IMG/VR virus record: IMGVR_UViG_3300032265_001317
Location: 1-64,000 of that record
Source of the DNA: a virus
Length of the DNA stretch: 64,000 nt
Reading direction: 5' to 3' (one strand)
The notes below the pieces were generated by a model. It was not told the DNA's origin. It made no database searches and saw only the letters and a program-made list of their open reading frames with translations. Below are positions 35,539-46,004 of this stretch, one piece after another; position 1 is the stretch's first letter; each line of letters begins with the position of its first letter. The position numbers and the translations under genes were made by a program.

Positions 35539-37309
35539 AATCTACATCATTACTATAGCTGGTAAACCCGTTTTCTTTTATTACTCTTAATACATTGTTT
35601 ACTCTACCTACCAATTCGTCTTTGTGACTAATCAAGTATATATTCTTATTCCTCTCCCTGGCCATCTTTTTTAGGACCGCTAGGGCACTTTCAACACCGG
35701 CACTATCCATTCCAGCATCTACAAGTTCGTCGATAAACAATAGATTAATACTTTGGTAAAGTCCTTCCCATACATCTCGGAAAGCAAAACTCAAACTTAG
35801 AATCAATCTGTTACGTTCACCGCGTGATAAATTATCAAAATCTAAATCTTGTCCTAATTGTGTAATCTCTACTGTTAAATCATTTTGGAAAACTACACGA
35901 TGTGGTAAACCGAGTTTATCGATATAGTATCCGAGACGTTTATTCAAGTAGGTAAGATTCTGATCGATAATTTTCTTGCGTATAAAACTGTCTTTGTTAG
36001 TCAGTAATTTATATAAGAATTCTTGATGATCTCTTAATTTTGAAAGCTCGTTGATCAGGTCCCAAGTTATTTCTTGTATAGCTGTTTTCTTTAATTCTTC
36101 GATTTGTTCTTCGAACGGATTGGACTTATTAATTTCGTTTGTAAGTTGCTTTTCCAAACTATCTACATTATTTTTATGTCCCAGTGCTTCTGCTTCTGTA
36201 TCGTAAAAGGTTGCAGGTCTCTTTGGTAATTCACCTATTTCTGCGATACTTTGATTAATACCTGCTAGGTCGCTGGTTACTTTATCAAAGTATGTGACAG
36301 CATCAACAAGACTTTTTTCAGCCATAGCACTCATTTCTTCGTGCTTGTGATCGTGTAAAGATTGTTCACATGCTGGACAAGTTTTATCTTCTAGCTTTTC
36401 TAATTCTTTGGTATACTTGTTTACAGTTTTATCGGCTTGGCTTAATGCGGCTTCTAGTGTTGCTTTTTGCTTGCCTAGATTTTTTATTGCTGTATTATTA
36501 TCTTCCCATTGCTTTAGAGACTGGTGAGATTCTAACTCTGCTGTAATATCGACTCCTTCAAGTTTCATTATAGCACGACCGAGATTTTCTATATCTTGAT
36601 CTTTTTTACTTTCCCAAGCACTACTTTTAATGGTTAGACTATCAATACTTTTCTGTACATTCTCGTTAGCAGTTTTAACACTTTCAATTCTAAATTGTTC
36701 TTTTTGTATAGAGTCTTTGGTTTCTTTAACAAGTGCTTTAAGATTTTCTGCTTTTTCACTAAGCATGGTAATACCTAGCAACTGCTCGATGATTTCGCGT
36801 TGTTCGGCCGCCTTCATTGACAGAAACGGCTCTGTATAGGTGTTTAACGCAACCAAGTGTTTAAACATGGTATGTGACATTTCTAGCATTTGCTCAATGG
36901 CTTTCTGCGTTTCTCTGCTGTCACCTTGACTATCATCTTCCTCTTTAGCGTCTTTTAACTGCTCATCGTTAACAAATAATCTAAGTATATTGGGCTTACG
37001 ACCACGTTCAATTCTGTATAGAATTCCGCCTTTTTCAAACTCTACTGTTACCAACATGGCCTTGCCGTTGGTTTTATTAATAAGGTTTTCCTTGCGGATA
37101 TTGGTTAATGCTTGCCCGTATAGTGCATAGCTTAACGCATTGATAATTGTGGTTTTACCTGTGCCATTACGAGACCCTGTGTCATCTCCTCCTAGATCTA
37201 GGTTAGCACCTAGCACAAGTGTTAGGTGCTCTTTATCAAAGTCTACTGCTTGGGTTTGATTACCTACACTTAGAAAGTTTTTTACTGTTATATTTTTTAA
37301 TTTAAACAT
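35525..37309 (-). CDS. gp46: Recombination ATPase, gp46/SbcC/Rad50-like
   Basis: Walker A NGTGKTT, coiled coil with CPAC zinc hook, LSRGE signature, FIDE Walker B, ISH. Confidence 0.95.
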   Translation of the reverse strand: MFKLKNITVKNFLSVGNQTQAVDFDKEHLTLVLGANLDLGGDDTGSRNGTGKTTIINALSYALYGQALTNIRKENLINKTNGKAMLVTVEFEKGGILYRIERGRKPNILRLFVNDEQLKDAKEEDDSQGDSRETQKAIEQMLEMSHTMFKHLVALNTYTEPFLSMKAAEQREIIEQLLGITMLSEKAENLKALVKETKDSIQKEQFRIESVKTANENVQKSIDSLTIKSSAWESKKDQDIENLGRAIMKLEGVDITAELESHQSLKQWEDNNTAIKNLGKQKATLEAALSQADKTVNKYTKELEKLEDKTCPACEQSLHDHKHEEMSAMAEKSLVDAVTYFDKVTSDLAGINQSIAEIGELPKRPATFYDTEAEALGHKNNVDSLEKQLTNEINKSNPFEEQIEELKKTAIQEITWDLINELSKLRDHQEFLYKLLTNKDSFIRKKIIDQNLTYLNKRLGYYIDKLGLPHRVVFQNDLTVEITQLGQDLDFDNLSRGERNRLILSLSFAFRDVWEGLYQSINLLFIDELVDAGMDSAGVESALAVLKKMARERNKNIYLISHKDELVGRVNNVLRVIKENGFTSYSNDVDYVES

Positions 37310-38322
37310 TAGATATTTCTATAAATTTCAAGTAGCATTGCTTTGTCAAACTGTTCCGACTCAATATTAACCAATTGTTCTGAAACAATTTGATCAACAC
37401 TTTCGAACTGCTGATCTGGATTATCGTCTACTGTGCCTTCAAGGTTAGTTTTATCTTGTATAAGACTGATCTCTCTGATGTCGTATTCGTTGACGAATGT
37501 TTCTTTGATAAAATTTGCCTCTTCATAACTGATGTCAATGTCAAGATGCACTTTTAAATGCATCTTGCTTTTCATGATTGAGTCTTTTTTGTCAATAAGG
37601 TCGCTAAGTTTAACAGTACGATACTTGGGAGCATCTGGCCAGTTAATAAATTCCGGCTCACCTCCCCATTCTAATGTCATCATACCTCTATCATCATCCC
37701 ATGCATCAGAGAAGTTGTGAGGAAACGCATTTCCTATATAGATTACCTTTTGATTGGATTGGCGTTTGTGAAAGTGCCCGCTGAACACATAGTCAGGAAC
37801 CGTAAAGTCCTCAGCATGCAATTCTCCATGATCTGGCATCTGCACCATTGCGTTCATAAAGAATTTAGGCAATTCAAAATGCCCAAACACATACTTGCTT
37901 TTGATCCCACTCATGACCTTCCATTCATCACCTACTAACCAAGGTACAAGGGTAACATCACCCCGGGTCATAATACTGTCTACAACAGTGACGCCTGGAA
38001 CGTGCCTACCAAAAGTACTCGAGTGAATGTCACGCTTGTCTTTATAAAATAAATCGTGGTTACCAGGAAACCAATAAAAGTTTTCAAATGCCGCGCCCAG
38101 TTTTTCAAGGCATCGCAAGCTGGAATCTAATGTTATAAGATTTAGACTGTTACGGTTGTGGCTCCAGTCACCTAAAAATATACCAGTTTCGCAACCTGCG
38201 GCCTTGGCTTCGGCAATGTACCAATCTACAAATTCTTCGCAGTCTTTAAGATGTGCAGTTGAGTTGCCTTTTAGGCCAAAATGTATATCAGTAAAACATG
38301 CTACCTTTTTAAACAAGGTCAT
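37309..38322 (-). CDS. gp47: Recombination nuclease, gp47/SbcD/Mre11-like
   Basis: Metallophosphoesterase motifs DIH, GD, GNHD, GHFH. Confidence 0.95.
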   Translation of the reverse strand: MTLFKKVACFTDIHFGLKGNSTAHLKDCEEFVDWYIAEAKAAGCETGIFLGDWSHNRNSLNLITLDSSLRCLEKLGAAFENFYWFPGNHDLFYKDKRDIHSSTFGRHVPGVTVVDSIMTRGDVTLVPWLVGDEWKVMSGIKSKYVFGHFELPKFFMNAMVQMPDHGELHAEDFTVPDYVFSGHFHKRQSNQKVIYIGNAFPHNFSDAWDDDRGMMTLEWGGEPEFINWPDAPKYRTVKLSDLIDKKDSIMKSKMHLKVHLDIDISYEEANFIKETFVNEYDIREISLIQDKTNLEGTVDDNPDQQFESVDQIVSEQLVNIESEQFDKAMLLEIYRNI

Positions 38323-38342
38323 AAAGTATTCTCCTAACTAAA

Positions 38343-38371
38343 AGTTTAACAGGCTGATTGGGCAATGTCAA
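38343..38371 (-). promoter_or_regulatory. Host sigma70-type promoter for the gp47-gp46 operon
   Basis: TTGACA (38371-38366), 17-nt spacer ending TGT (extended -10), TAAACT (38348-38343). Confidence 0.75.
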
Positions 38372-39282
38372 GCGGTAGGAGTAGATTCTTCGTCCTCTTC
38401 TTCAGGTACATCTTCGCTTTTTGGCATACGCATATTTTTGTATAGCTCTGCTTGCCGTGCAATTTCTTCTGCGTATTCTTGGCTGTTCTGTCTAGTCATA
38501 CTCGGTGCTAGTCCTGCTTCTTCTAACAAATCATCTCGGATGTTTTGACTTTTCTTTTCAATGTTTAGAATTCTGGTAAAGCTGTTTGTTACTGCGGCAG
38601 TATAGTAAGCAAACGGATTATCGGACTTTGATTCATCAAACTGTAGACCAATCTGACTTAGCTGTAGGATAGCCTGCCCCTTCATTTCGTCAACATAGGT
38701 GTATCCTCTCCAGTTGCTACGCTGTGCGTAACGCTCTGATAATTTGATATACATTTTGCCTAAGTTTTCTGTAATGCGTCCGTGATCCTTGCTGAAGTGT
38801 CCGGTATCTAGCGGACCTTTCCAGTGACTTTTGCCAACGCATATTAGTTCGTCTTGGTCATCAAATTTCCAATGTTGATACGGAGGAAAGTTCACTTTAT
38901 CGTGTGCATCTGCTGTAGTTTTAGTGGTCTTTTTACGACCCGGTGCTAGCGGAATATGTTCGAAAGTCATTATTCTAATTACAATATCAGTTTTGGCAAT
39001 TGTTTTGTAATCTGGAGTGACTTCGAGTAATTTGGTTTTTTTATCTCCGGCAAGTCTTAGTTTATTAAATGCTTCGATGCCTAGTCTTTTTGCCCGAGCA
39101 CGTTTAGCCTCTGCAATGGTGCGTATGTTGATTTTGTCTAAATTTGGAAGAATTAAATCGTGTTGACTGTATTCTGGTTTTTCATAGACTGAAAATGAAC
39201 ATTTGCTACGGTGTATTTCTGCTAATAAATCTTTGTTGTTTAAGTACTTAACTTTTCTTGTGGTTACAATGGGTGTGGACAT
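38368..39282 (-). CDS. gp55: Late-transcription sigma factor, gp55-like, with a central insertion
   Basis: YLNNKDLLAEI, NWRGYTYVDEM, FDESKSDNPFAYYT motifs; adjacent to gp47 as in T4-like phages. Confidence 0.85.
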   Translation of the reverse strand: MSTPIVTTRKVKYLNNKDLLAEIHRSKCSFSVYEKPEYSQHDLILPNLDKINIRTIAEAKRARAKRLGIEAFNKLRLAGDKKTKLLEVTPDYKTIAKTDIVIRIMTFEHIPLAPGRKKTTKTTADAHDKVNFPPYQHWKFDDQDELICVGKSHWKGPLDTGHFSKDHGRITENLGKMYIKLSERYAQRSNWRGYTYVDEMKGQAILQLSQIGLQFDESKSDNPFAYYTAAVTNSFTRILNIEKKSQNIRDDLLEEAGLAPSMTRQNSQEYAEEIARQAELYKNMRMPKSEDVPEEEDEESTPTA

Positions 39283-39309
39283 GTTGTTATTATTTTCCCT
39301 TTAGTTGTT

Positions 39310-39337
39310 AGTATACAACAGATTAAACATCTGTCAA
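39310..39337 (-). promoter_or_regulatory. Sigma70-type promoter for the gp55-like gene, containing an inverted repeat
   Basis: TTGACA (39337-39332), 16-nt spacer, TATACT (39315-39310); acagat/atctgt at 39318-39334. Confidence 0.7.
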
Positions 39338-39361
39338 CCGAATATAATTAAATTAGCCTTT

Positions 39362-39378
39362 TATTTATTGGTTAAATA
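39362..39378. promoter_or_regulatory. Back-to-back late promoter boxes
   Basis: Minus strand ATAAATA 39362-39368; plus strand TTAAATA 39372-39378 before the GAGGA RBS of the baseplate operon. Confidence 0.6.
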
Positions 39379-39397
39379 AGCTATAGAGGAATAAAAT

Positions 39398-40594
39398 ATG
39401 CCTACAACCTACACTCAAGCCACCTACACTCAAACGATTGATTCGTTAAATTCGGCACTGGCTAAAACACAGCCCGGAACACCGGCATATACATCGATCC
39501 TAAATCAAATAAACACAGTTAAAAACGACTATACAACACAAGTTAAGGTGTCTATTGACAATGTACAAGCGGCGCAACAGCAAACAGCCAGTGCATCTCA
39601 AACCGGTAATATAGCCGCTATCTTAGCCGGCCAGGCGGCAATAGTTGCCGCTACATCATTAGTTAAATCGCAAAAAAGCACAATTGATCTATCGACTAAA
39701 TCCACCGATGCAGTAGAAAATACAATCAAACCTACTAACGATAATGCCGCTACTACTGCATCAGCAGACAAAGTGGCAAACGCAGGTGTAGTTGGAAACC
39801 CTAACGGAGATCCTAATCCTAATGCTGTAATTACTCCCGGCACTGGTAGTAACCCTGTTGCCAATGTTGATATTACTGGTCAGATGCAAGGCAAACTTGA
39901 TACATCGATGCCAAAAATACCTGCTCCGGTAACACCGACAGTTATTTCTAAAAACTCATCAGGTCCTCCGGATCACCGTGTAAAAATAATTGTGCCAGAC
40001 TCATATATTCAAATGGCAACTCGTGGAAATATCATGGATGGTAGTGGCGGCCATATTTTTACTAATCATGGAATTGTATTTCCTTATACACCTACTATTA
40101 GTTACGAGCATAAGGCAGATTACACAGATCAAAAAATTATGCATAGTAACTATAATCAATACTTTTATCAAAGAAGTTATGTAAGTCCTTTCACTATCAC
40201 TGGCAAATTTACAGTACAAAACGATGGTGATGCCATGGCCTATCTTGCCACAGTACACCTACTAAGATCGTTAACAAAAATGCTATACGGTGGAGATACT
40301 GGTGACGAAATGAGTGGGTCACCACCACCTGTTTGTAGATTAAAGGCCTACGGAGATTACATGCTTGACGGAGTTCCTATTAGCATAACTGGTGTAAAGT
40401 TTGAATTGCCAGATGCAGTTGATTACTATACGCTAGGCAACGTGTCACCTAATAGAGTATTTGGACGTACTACGGTTCCAACATTATCAAGTATTACCGT
40501 ATCATGTATTCCTATGTACAGCCGTGCTGAACAACAAAAGTTTTCTGTTAAGAGTTGGCTTGCTGGCGACCTAAGAAAGAAAGGATATCTATAA
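39398..40594 (+). CDS. Baseplate/tail-tube initiator-like protein (398 aa)
   Basis: C-terminal GIVFPYTPTI...GSPPPVCRL.AYG tube-like domain; first gene of the baseplate operon. Confidence 0.6.
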   Translation: MPTTYTQATYTQTIDSLNSALAKTQPGTPAYTSILNQINTVKNDYTTQVKVSIDNVQAAQQQTASASQTGNIAAILAGQAAIVAATSLVKSQKSTIDLSTKSTDAVENTIKPTNDNAATTASADKVANAGVVGNPNGDPNPNAVITPGTGSNPVANVDITGQMQGKLDTSMPKIPAPVTPTVISKNSSGPPDHRVKIIVPDSYIQMATRGNIMDGSGGHIFTNHGIVFPYTPTISYEHKADYTDQKIMHSNYNQYFYQRSYVSPFTITGKFTVQNDGDAMAYLATVHLLRSLTKMLYGGDTGDEMSGSPPPVCRLKAYGDYMLDGVPISITGVKFELPDAVDYYTLGNVSPNRVFGRTTVPTLSSITVSCIPMYSRAEQQKFSVKSWLAGDLRKKGYL

Positions 40595-40897
40595 ATGACT
40601 ATCTACAGTAAAACAAGTCCTTACTATACCACTGGATATGCTAGCGGATATTTAGATGTAATTAATTTTAGAAATATTCCAGCACAAACTGATGACATTT
40701 ATTTTGAAATAACAAAAAATTATGAAAATCGTCCTGACCTATTGGCTTATGATTTATATAAAGATGTAGGCCTTTGGTGGGTGTTTGCTGTGAGAAATAG
40801 ATCAACAATTAAAGATCCAGTGTTTGATTTTGTTGCAGGTACAAAAATTTATATACCAAAGATTACCACAATCAGAACAGCATTGGCAGGTGCCTAA
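40595..40897 (+). CDS. Baseplate wedge subunit, gp53-like (LysM-like)
   Basis: RPDLLAYDLY...LWWVFA..N motif. Confidence 0.8.
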   Translation: MTIYSKTSPYYTTGYASGYLDVINFRNIPAQTDDIYFEITKNYENRPDLLAYDLYKDVGLWWVFAVRNRSTIKDPVFDFVAGTKIYIPKITTIRTALAGA

Positions 40898-40899
40898 TT

Positions 40900-43896
40900 A
40901 TGCCTATTGATTTATCCGCTACTACTAGTACAGCCTTTACTACAGGATTAAAATTTATAGATCCAAAAGTAGGCAACGTACTAAACAATTACAGATCATA
41001 TACTTATAATTTTACTCTAGATGCATTACCTACGGAATTTGCAAATGACCCTAAAAAATGGGAATTGTCTGGTGCAGAAGCGGCATCGGCACCTTATAGA
41101 ATTTTAAAATCAGGCGGCAAAGGCACCACAGGTCTAAAAACTCCAAGCGGTCCAACGTCGGCGCAAGTTGAGGCAAATACTAATTTGCAAACTGATCGAG
41201 CAGCCACAGTAGAATCTATTGCGGCGTCTCAAAAAAATATAGATACTTTGCAATTTAATGCAGATCTAGTTCCTGGTTTTAATAAAAATAGTCCAGGCAG
41301 ATTTGATTTTTTTATTGACAAGTGGGAAATGACCACTTCGTACTCCCCGAGCGATTTATACGGATTTATTCCAAATGCCAACTTTAATTTCACAGTTGTA
41401 GAACCTTATAGCATAAATGGATTTCTAGAAGTATTACATGCGGCTTCAGTTGCCGCTGGCTATACTAGTTATATGGCCGCAACATTTTTAATGACTCTTA
41501 AATTCCTTGGTTATCCAGATAATGACTCTGCAGATTCCCCTGCAGAGCCAGAGGAAGTGCCGCATTCTACTAGATCGTGGCTTATTAATATCACTAATGC
41601 TTCCTTAGAAGTTACAGAAAAAGGTTCAGTATATGTTTGCCAAGCTACTGTAACTAGTGGATTTGCAGTGGCAGATAGTAATAATAAACTTAAAAAAAGT
41701 ATCACATTTGAAGGCAGGACCGTGCAAGATTGTCTTGCAGGTCCGTTAGATTCAGAAAGACCTGCTAACTATGCAGGAAACGATTTTGTCACAAAAGTTA
41801 ATCTTTTACAAAAAGAAAGTACCAAAGACCGAACAGGCAGTGATATCTATGATGAATATCGAGTATATTTTCCTGAGGTAACCGATACCGGAGACCTGGA
41901 TTATACCAAAGTTAACAAGATAGGTCGAACAAAACTGGCAGATAGCGCACAACTGTTAAAAAGTAGTGGAATGGAAGATCCACAAACTACTGAGAAAAAA
42001 ACAAATTATAAAAACAAGCCAGAGGATACTAGCACAGAAATTACCAAACTAGATCCTGCAACAGGCAAGTACCAGCTTCAATTTCCTGAAAGTTTTAATA
42101 TAAGTGATCTTATCACAAACATTATACGAGACAGTGAATTTTATGCCGACTTGCTAAAGTCTCTAAAAGAAAATTCGGGTAGTGTAATTGATCAGCACGG
42201 ATATATTGATTACTTTAGGTTGCGTACCGAAGTAGAATTATCTAAAGCAATTAACCCTGAAACAAAAAAACCAAAATCAATTTTTAAATTTATTGTTACT
42301 CCATTCAAGGTTCATATTAGTAACTTGTCAAAAGGCATACCTACTCCGTTATGGGATGCTACTAAGTATCCTCCATTTGTGGTAAGAACCTACAACTACA
42401 TGTACACAGGAAAAAATGTTGATGTGATCAATTTTAAATTGTCTTTAAATGGATTATATCATGCCGTGACTCCTGTGGAACTAAACAATGATGTAATACA
42501 ATCTACCTACGGAGCTGGTCCTTCAAATTCAACTGATATTACTTTTAAAAATCTAACATCTAGTAACGATGTAGCCCAGCTTCAAAACGGTGTGGCAACA
42601 TCAAGGGCCGGCAGTGTACCGTATGTTCCTAAAGAAGGCCCGGGACTGCCTAAATCGGATAGTCCTTACAGAAATATTGCAAGGAGTATACATACACAAT
42701 TTTTAAACTTTCACGAAGCGGCAATGTCGCTCACAGTAGATATCATTGGCGATCCTTTATATATTGCTACTAATGGTATGAATGGTCTAATCCAAAACAA
42801 GGACGGAGCCGGATTCACAAGCAACGGAGAGGCCGATTTTATAACTTATCAAGTGCCAGTTAGTATAACATTTAGAAACCCAGTAGATATAGGCAAATCC
42901 GGTTTTATGGATTTTTCTGAAGATCAGATACCCTACAGTGGCATATATCAAGTGACCAGTATCAATAATTATTTCAATGAAGGAATTTTTAAGCAACGTC
43001 TTAACATGACAAGATTAAGTGGTCAACTGGAAGGCAAACCAATTAAGGTAAAAGATTATTCAGATCTATTTGAAGAATCTGCAAATCCACTTGATCAAAT
43101 TACAACAGACACAACCGAAGGTGCGCCAAACGTTGCCGGTAAAGTATCTGATGCTACAATAAAAAGACTAGGTGGTACAGTATTATCAAATTTAGGAAAA
43201 GCTGCCGCACTAGTCGGAGCTGCCGGATTATTAAAGAATGTATCAGGACAAGCGGCAACGGTATTAGCCGCATCATTAGCAGTACCGGCAGTTATCGGTG
43301 TAGCAAAAAGTGCAATTGATACAGTCAATAGTTTGGCATCAAAAGCCACAGGTTTAATAGGGGATGCAAATAAAAAAGTTGCATCTGCACCGAACGTGTC
43401 TGCAAGTACAGATCCTACTAACAATATTACCGCCGCAGCCAAAGCCAACATACCTGTAGATATATTAACCCAGGATCAGTTGGCAAATATTCCAAAATCT
43501 GCTCCTCCTGCTACTGCTCCAGGACCGCAAGTTGATGTATCGACATTGCAAAGTTTATATAAATCTGGTGGAGTAGCGGCCATTGCTAAAGCATATGGCG
43601 TAAAAGATATTACTAATATTTCTCCTACAGAATTGCCACTAGGTACGGTAAAAATGATAGAAGAAACAATAACGCCGTCAAATCCTTTGACAACATTAAA
43701 AGGAGTAGTAGCTAATGCATCTAGTGTAGTTGATGCTTCGATAGTAACTGACAAACTAGCGTCGGCACAAACATTGCTAAATGGCGCACAATCAGTGGTA
43801 ACAATTATACCACGAGATGCTAGTCAAGCTACATCTATTTTGACCCAAGCGGGTAGTAACGTGACCAGCCCGCTAACTAAAATATTACAAGGATAA
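40900..43896 (+). CDS. Probable baseplate hub protein (gp27-like) with a low-complexity C-terminal tail (998 aa)
   Basis: IIGDP...YSGIYQVTSINNYFNEGIFKQRL hub-type ending; position between gp53-like and gp5-like genes. Confidence 0.6.
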   Translation: MPIDLSATTSTAFTTGLKFIDPKVGNVLNNYRSYTYNFTLDALPTEFANDPKKWELSGAEAASAPYRILKSGGKGTTGLKTPSGPTSAQVEANTNLQTDRAATVESIAASQKNIDTLQFNADLVPGFNKNSPGRFDFFIDKWEMTTSYSPSDLYGFIPNANFNFTVVEPYSINGFLEVLHAASVAAGYTSYMAATFLMTLKFLGYPDNDSADSPAEPEEVPHSTRSWLINITNASLEVTEKGSVYVCQATVTSGFAVADSNNKLKKSITFEGRTVQDCLAGPLDSERPANYAGNDFVTKVNLLQKESTKDRTGSDIYDEYRVYFPEVTDTGDLDYTKVNKIGRTKLADSAQLLKSSGMEDPQTTEKKTNYKNKPEDTSTEITKLDPATGKYQLQFPESFNISDLITNIIRDSEFYADLLKSLKENSGSVIDQHGYIDYFRLRTEVELSKAINPETKKPKSIFKFIVTPFKVHISNLSKGIPTPLWDATKYPPFVVRTYNYMYTGKNVDVINFKLSLNGLYHAVTPVELNNDVIQSTYGAGPSNSTDITFKNLTSSNDVAQLQNGVATSRAGSVPYVPKEGPGLPKSDSPYRNIARSIHTQFLNFHEAAMSLTVDIIGDPLYIATNGMNGLIQNKDGAGFTSNGEADFITYQVPVSITFRNPVDIGKSGFMDFSEDQIPYSGIYQVTSINNYFNEGIFKQRLNMTRLSGQLEGKPIKVKDYSDLFEESANPLDQITTDTTEGAPNVAGKVSDATIKRLGGTVLSNLGKAAALVGAAGLLKNVSGQAATVLAASLAVPAVIGVAKSAIDTVNSLASKATGLIGDANKKVASAPNVSASTDPTNNITAAAKANIPVDILTQDQLANIPKSAPPATAPGPQVDVSTLQSLYKSGGVAAIAKAYGVKDITNISPTELPLGTVKMIEETITPSNPLTTLKGVVANASSVVDASIVTDKLASAQTLLNGAQSVVTIIPRDASQATSILTQAGSNVTSPLTKILQG

Positions 43897-43902
43897 TCAA
43901 AC

Positions 43903-45984
43903 ATGGGATTTGACGGAAGACGAAAAGGCAAATTACCGCATCCGGGTCCGTACCTGGCAGAGATAACAAACCATCTAGATTCTACTTATATGGGTAGATT
44001 AGAAGTTGCGTTAAAAAAAGGTACTCCTAGTAGCGCAGGTTCTCAAGGCGAAACATACATTGTAAAGTATCTAAGTCCATTTTATGGAATAGCACAAACA
44101 CGATATCAAGGTAACAACTCCGGGTCATTTGACGATGTACAAAAAAGCTACGGCATGTGGATGATTCCGCCCGATGTAGGTTCAACAGTAATGGTTATAT
44201 TCATTGAGGGTGATCCTAACGAAGGCTATTGGATTGGTTGTGCAATGAATGATACCTTCCAGAATCACATGGTTCCCGGAATAGCCGCCAGCGACAAAGT
44301 TATTATGACTCCGGAGCAACGCAAGAGATACGGTAGTGATTATTTGCCTGTTGCAGAGTTCTTGAAAAAGACACAAACAGGACAAAATCCAAACCCCGAA
44401 TCCTATGCAAGACCAGTGCATCCTTTTGCCGATAGACTGCTAGCGCAAGGTTTATTATTAGATAAAGTTCGTGGTGTAACATCCAGCAGTGCTCGACGTG
44501 ACGTACCTAGTAGCGTTTTTGGAATAAGCACACCCGGCCCATTAGATCCTAATGGAAAAAAAGGAAAAGTAGGATACGATGGAAATAAACAAACTCCTGT
44601 AAGCAGACTTGGCGGTGCAACTTTTGTCATGGACGATGGAGATGTTAATGGCGAAAATGAACTAGTTAGAATTAGAACAAGAACAGGACATCAAATTCTA
44701 ATGCACAATAGTCACGATCTTATCTACATTGCCAACGCCGCAGGTACAGCCTGGATAGAAATGACCGCTCAAGGCAAAATAGATATCTATGCAGGGGATT
44801 CGGTCAGTATTCATAGCGAGGCTGATTTCAACTTCCGCGCCGATAGAGATATAAATTTGGAGGCTGGCAGAAATTTTAATGTCAACATAGGCAATGACCA
44901 TAGTGTTAATCTTGTTGGTGATTATAGTTTTATTGCAAATGACGGAAAATTAAAATTTACAGGTTCTTATGATAAAACAATAGGAACTGATATGAAAATG
45001 ACTGTAGGATCTGCCCTACACATTGGATCGTCAAAGTTATATATGTCATCTGCAGGTACACTTGATCTTAAAGGTTCTACTAATAATTTTACAGCCAGCG
45101 GCGACACAAATATTGCCAGCGGCGGCAATCATTTAGAAACTGCCGGAAAAATACATATGAATGGTCCTGCAGCCGGGCAGGCCGCCGCCGCGACTGCGGC
45201 AAATGCTCCTAGCCCGTTGGGATTGTTTAACTTACCTAACAGAAGTGCCAGTGCTGGATGGGGAGATGGCAACTATTATAATGCTGGCTCTATTGCTAGT
45301 ATCATGCAACGTGTGCCAACTCACGAGCCCTGGGATCAACACGAAAACATCGATCCTGTTAGATTTACAAAAACTTTTACAGACACTGTAATTGGACAGT
45401 CACCGGGCGATGTTGCTAATTCATCTGCTAACCAGTCTTTCCCTCAGCCTAACAAAGATGTTCCTGCAGACTGGAGTAAAGATTTAGATTTTATTAATAA
45501 AGTAAAGGATGTTTGTAAAGGACTTGGATGCAATTACATTGATTTATTATGTTGCATGCAATTTGAATCTGGCATGAATCCAGCACAACCTAACCTACAG
45601 GGCGGAAGTGCAACTGGATTGATTCAGTTCATTGAAAGTACTGCAAAAAATCTTGGAACAACTACTGCATATCTAAGAACTCTGACTCGTGTACAACAGA
45701 TGGATTGGGTAGAAAAATATTTCAAAGCTACTCCTATATCCAAGGTACCTAATCCAACATTGTCCGATGTTTACATGTGTATCCTAGGACCGGCCTATTG
45801 CGGCAAGCCAGACAACACGCCTGTGTATTCTAAACCGTCGCCCAACTACTACGGAAACGCCGGACTTGATATAAACGGCGACGGAACCATTACCAAAGAA
45901 GAAGCAACAGCCAAAGGCCCTGCAACAAAACGTGCCTACGTAATGCAACAATTGGTCAACGCTGGTGTTGAAAAACCCGGCTAA
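43903..45984 (+). CDS. Baseplate central spike, gp5/VgrG-like, with a C-terminal lysozyme/transglycosylase-like domain
   Basis: OB-fold PPDVGSTVMVIF..GD...GYWIG; RTRTGHQI; beta-helix ending IHMNGP; FESGMNP...ATGLIQF. Confidence 0.85.
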   Translation: MGFDGRRKGKLPHPGPYLAEITNHLDSTYMGRLEVALKKGTPSSAGSQGETYIVKYLSPFYGIAQTRYQGNNSGSFDDVQKSYGMWMIPPDVGSTVMVIFIEGDPNEGYWIGCAMNDTFQNHMVPGIAASDKVIMTPEQRKRYGSDYLPVAEFLKKTQTGQNPNPESYARPVHPFADRLLAQGLLLDKVRGVTSSSARRDVPSSVFGISTPGPLDPNGKKGKVGYDGNKQTPVSRLGGATFVMDDGDVNGENELVRIRTRTGHQILMHNSHDLIYIANAAGTAWIEMTAQGKIDIYAGDSVSIHSEADFNFRADRDINLEAGRNFNVNIGNDHSVNLVGDYSFIANDGKLKFTGSYDKTIGTDMKMTVGSALHIGSSKLYMSSAGTLDLKGSTNNFTASGDTNIASGGNHLETAGKIHMNGPAAGQAAAATAANAPSPLGLFNLPNRSASAGWGDGNYYNAGSIASIMQRVPTHEPWDQHENIDPVRFTKTFTDTVIGQSPGDVANSSANQSFPQPNKDVPADWSKDLDFINKVKDVCKGLGCNYIDLLCCMQFESGMNPAQPNLQGGSATGLIQFIESTAKNLGTTTAYLRTLTRVQQMDWVEKYFKATPISKVPNPTLSDVYMCILGPAYCGKPDNTPVYSKPSPNYYGNAGLDINGDGTITKEEATAKGPATKRAYVMQQLVNAGVEKPG

Positions 45985-45993
45985 TTTAGGACA

Positions 45994-46000
45994 ATAAATA
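45994..46000 (+). promoter_or_regulatory. Late promoter box (ATAAATA), leaderless configuration
   Basis: ATAAATA-CAGT-ATG. Confidence 0.6.
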
Positions 46001-46004
46001 CAGT

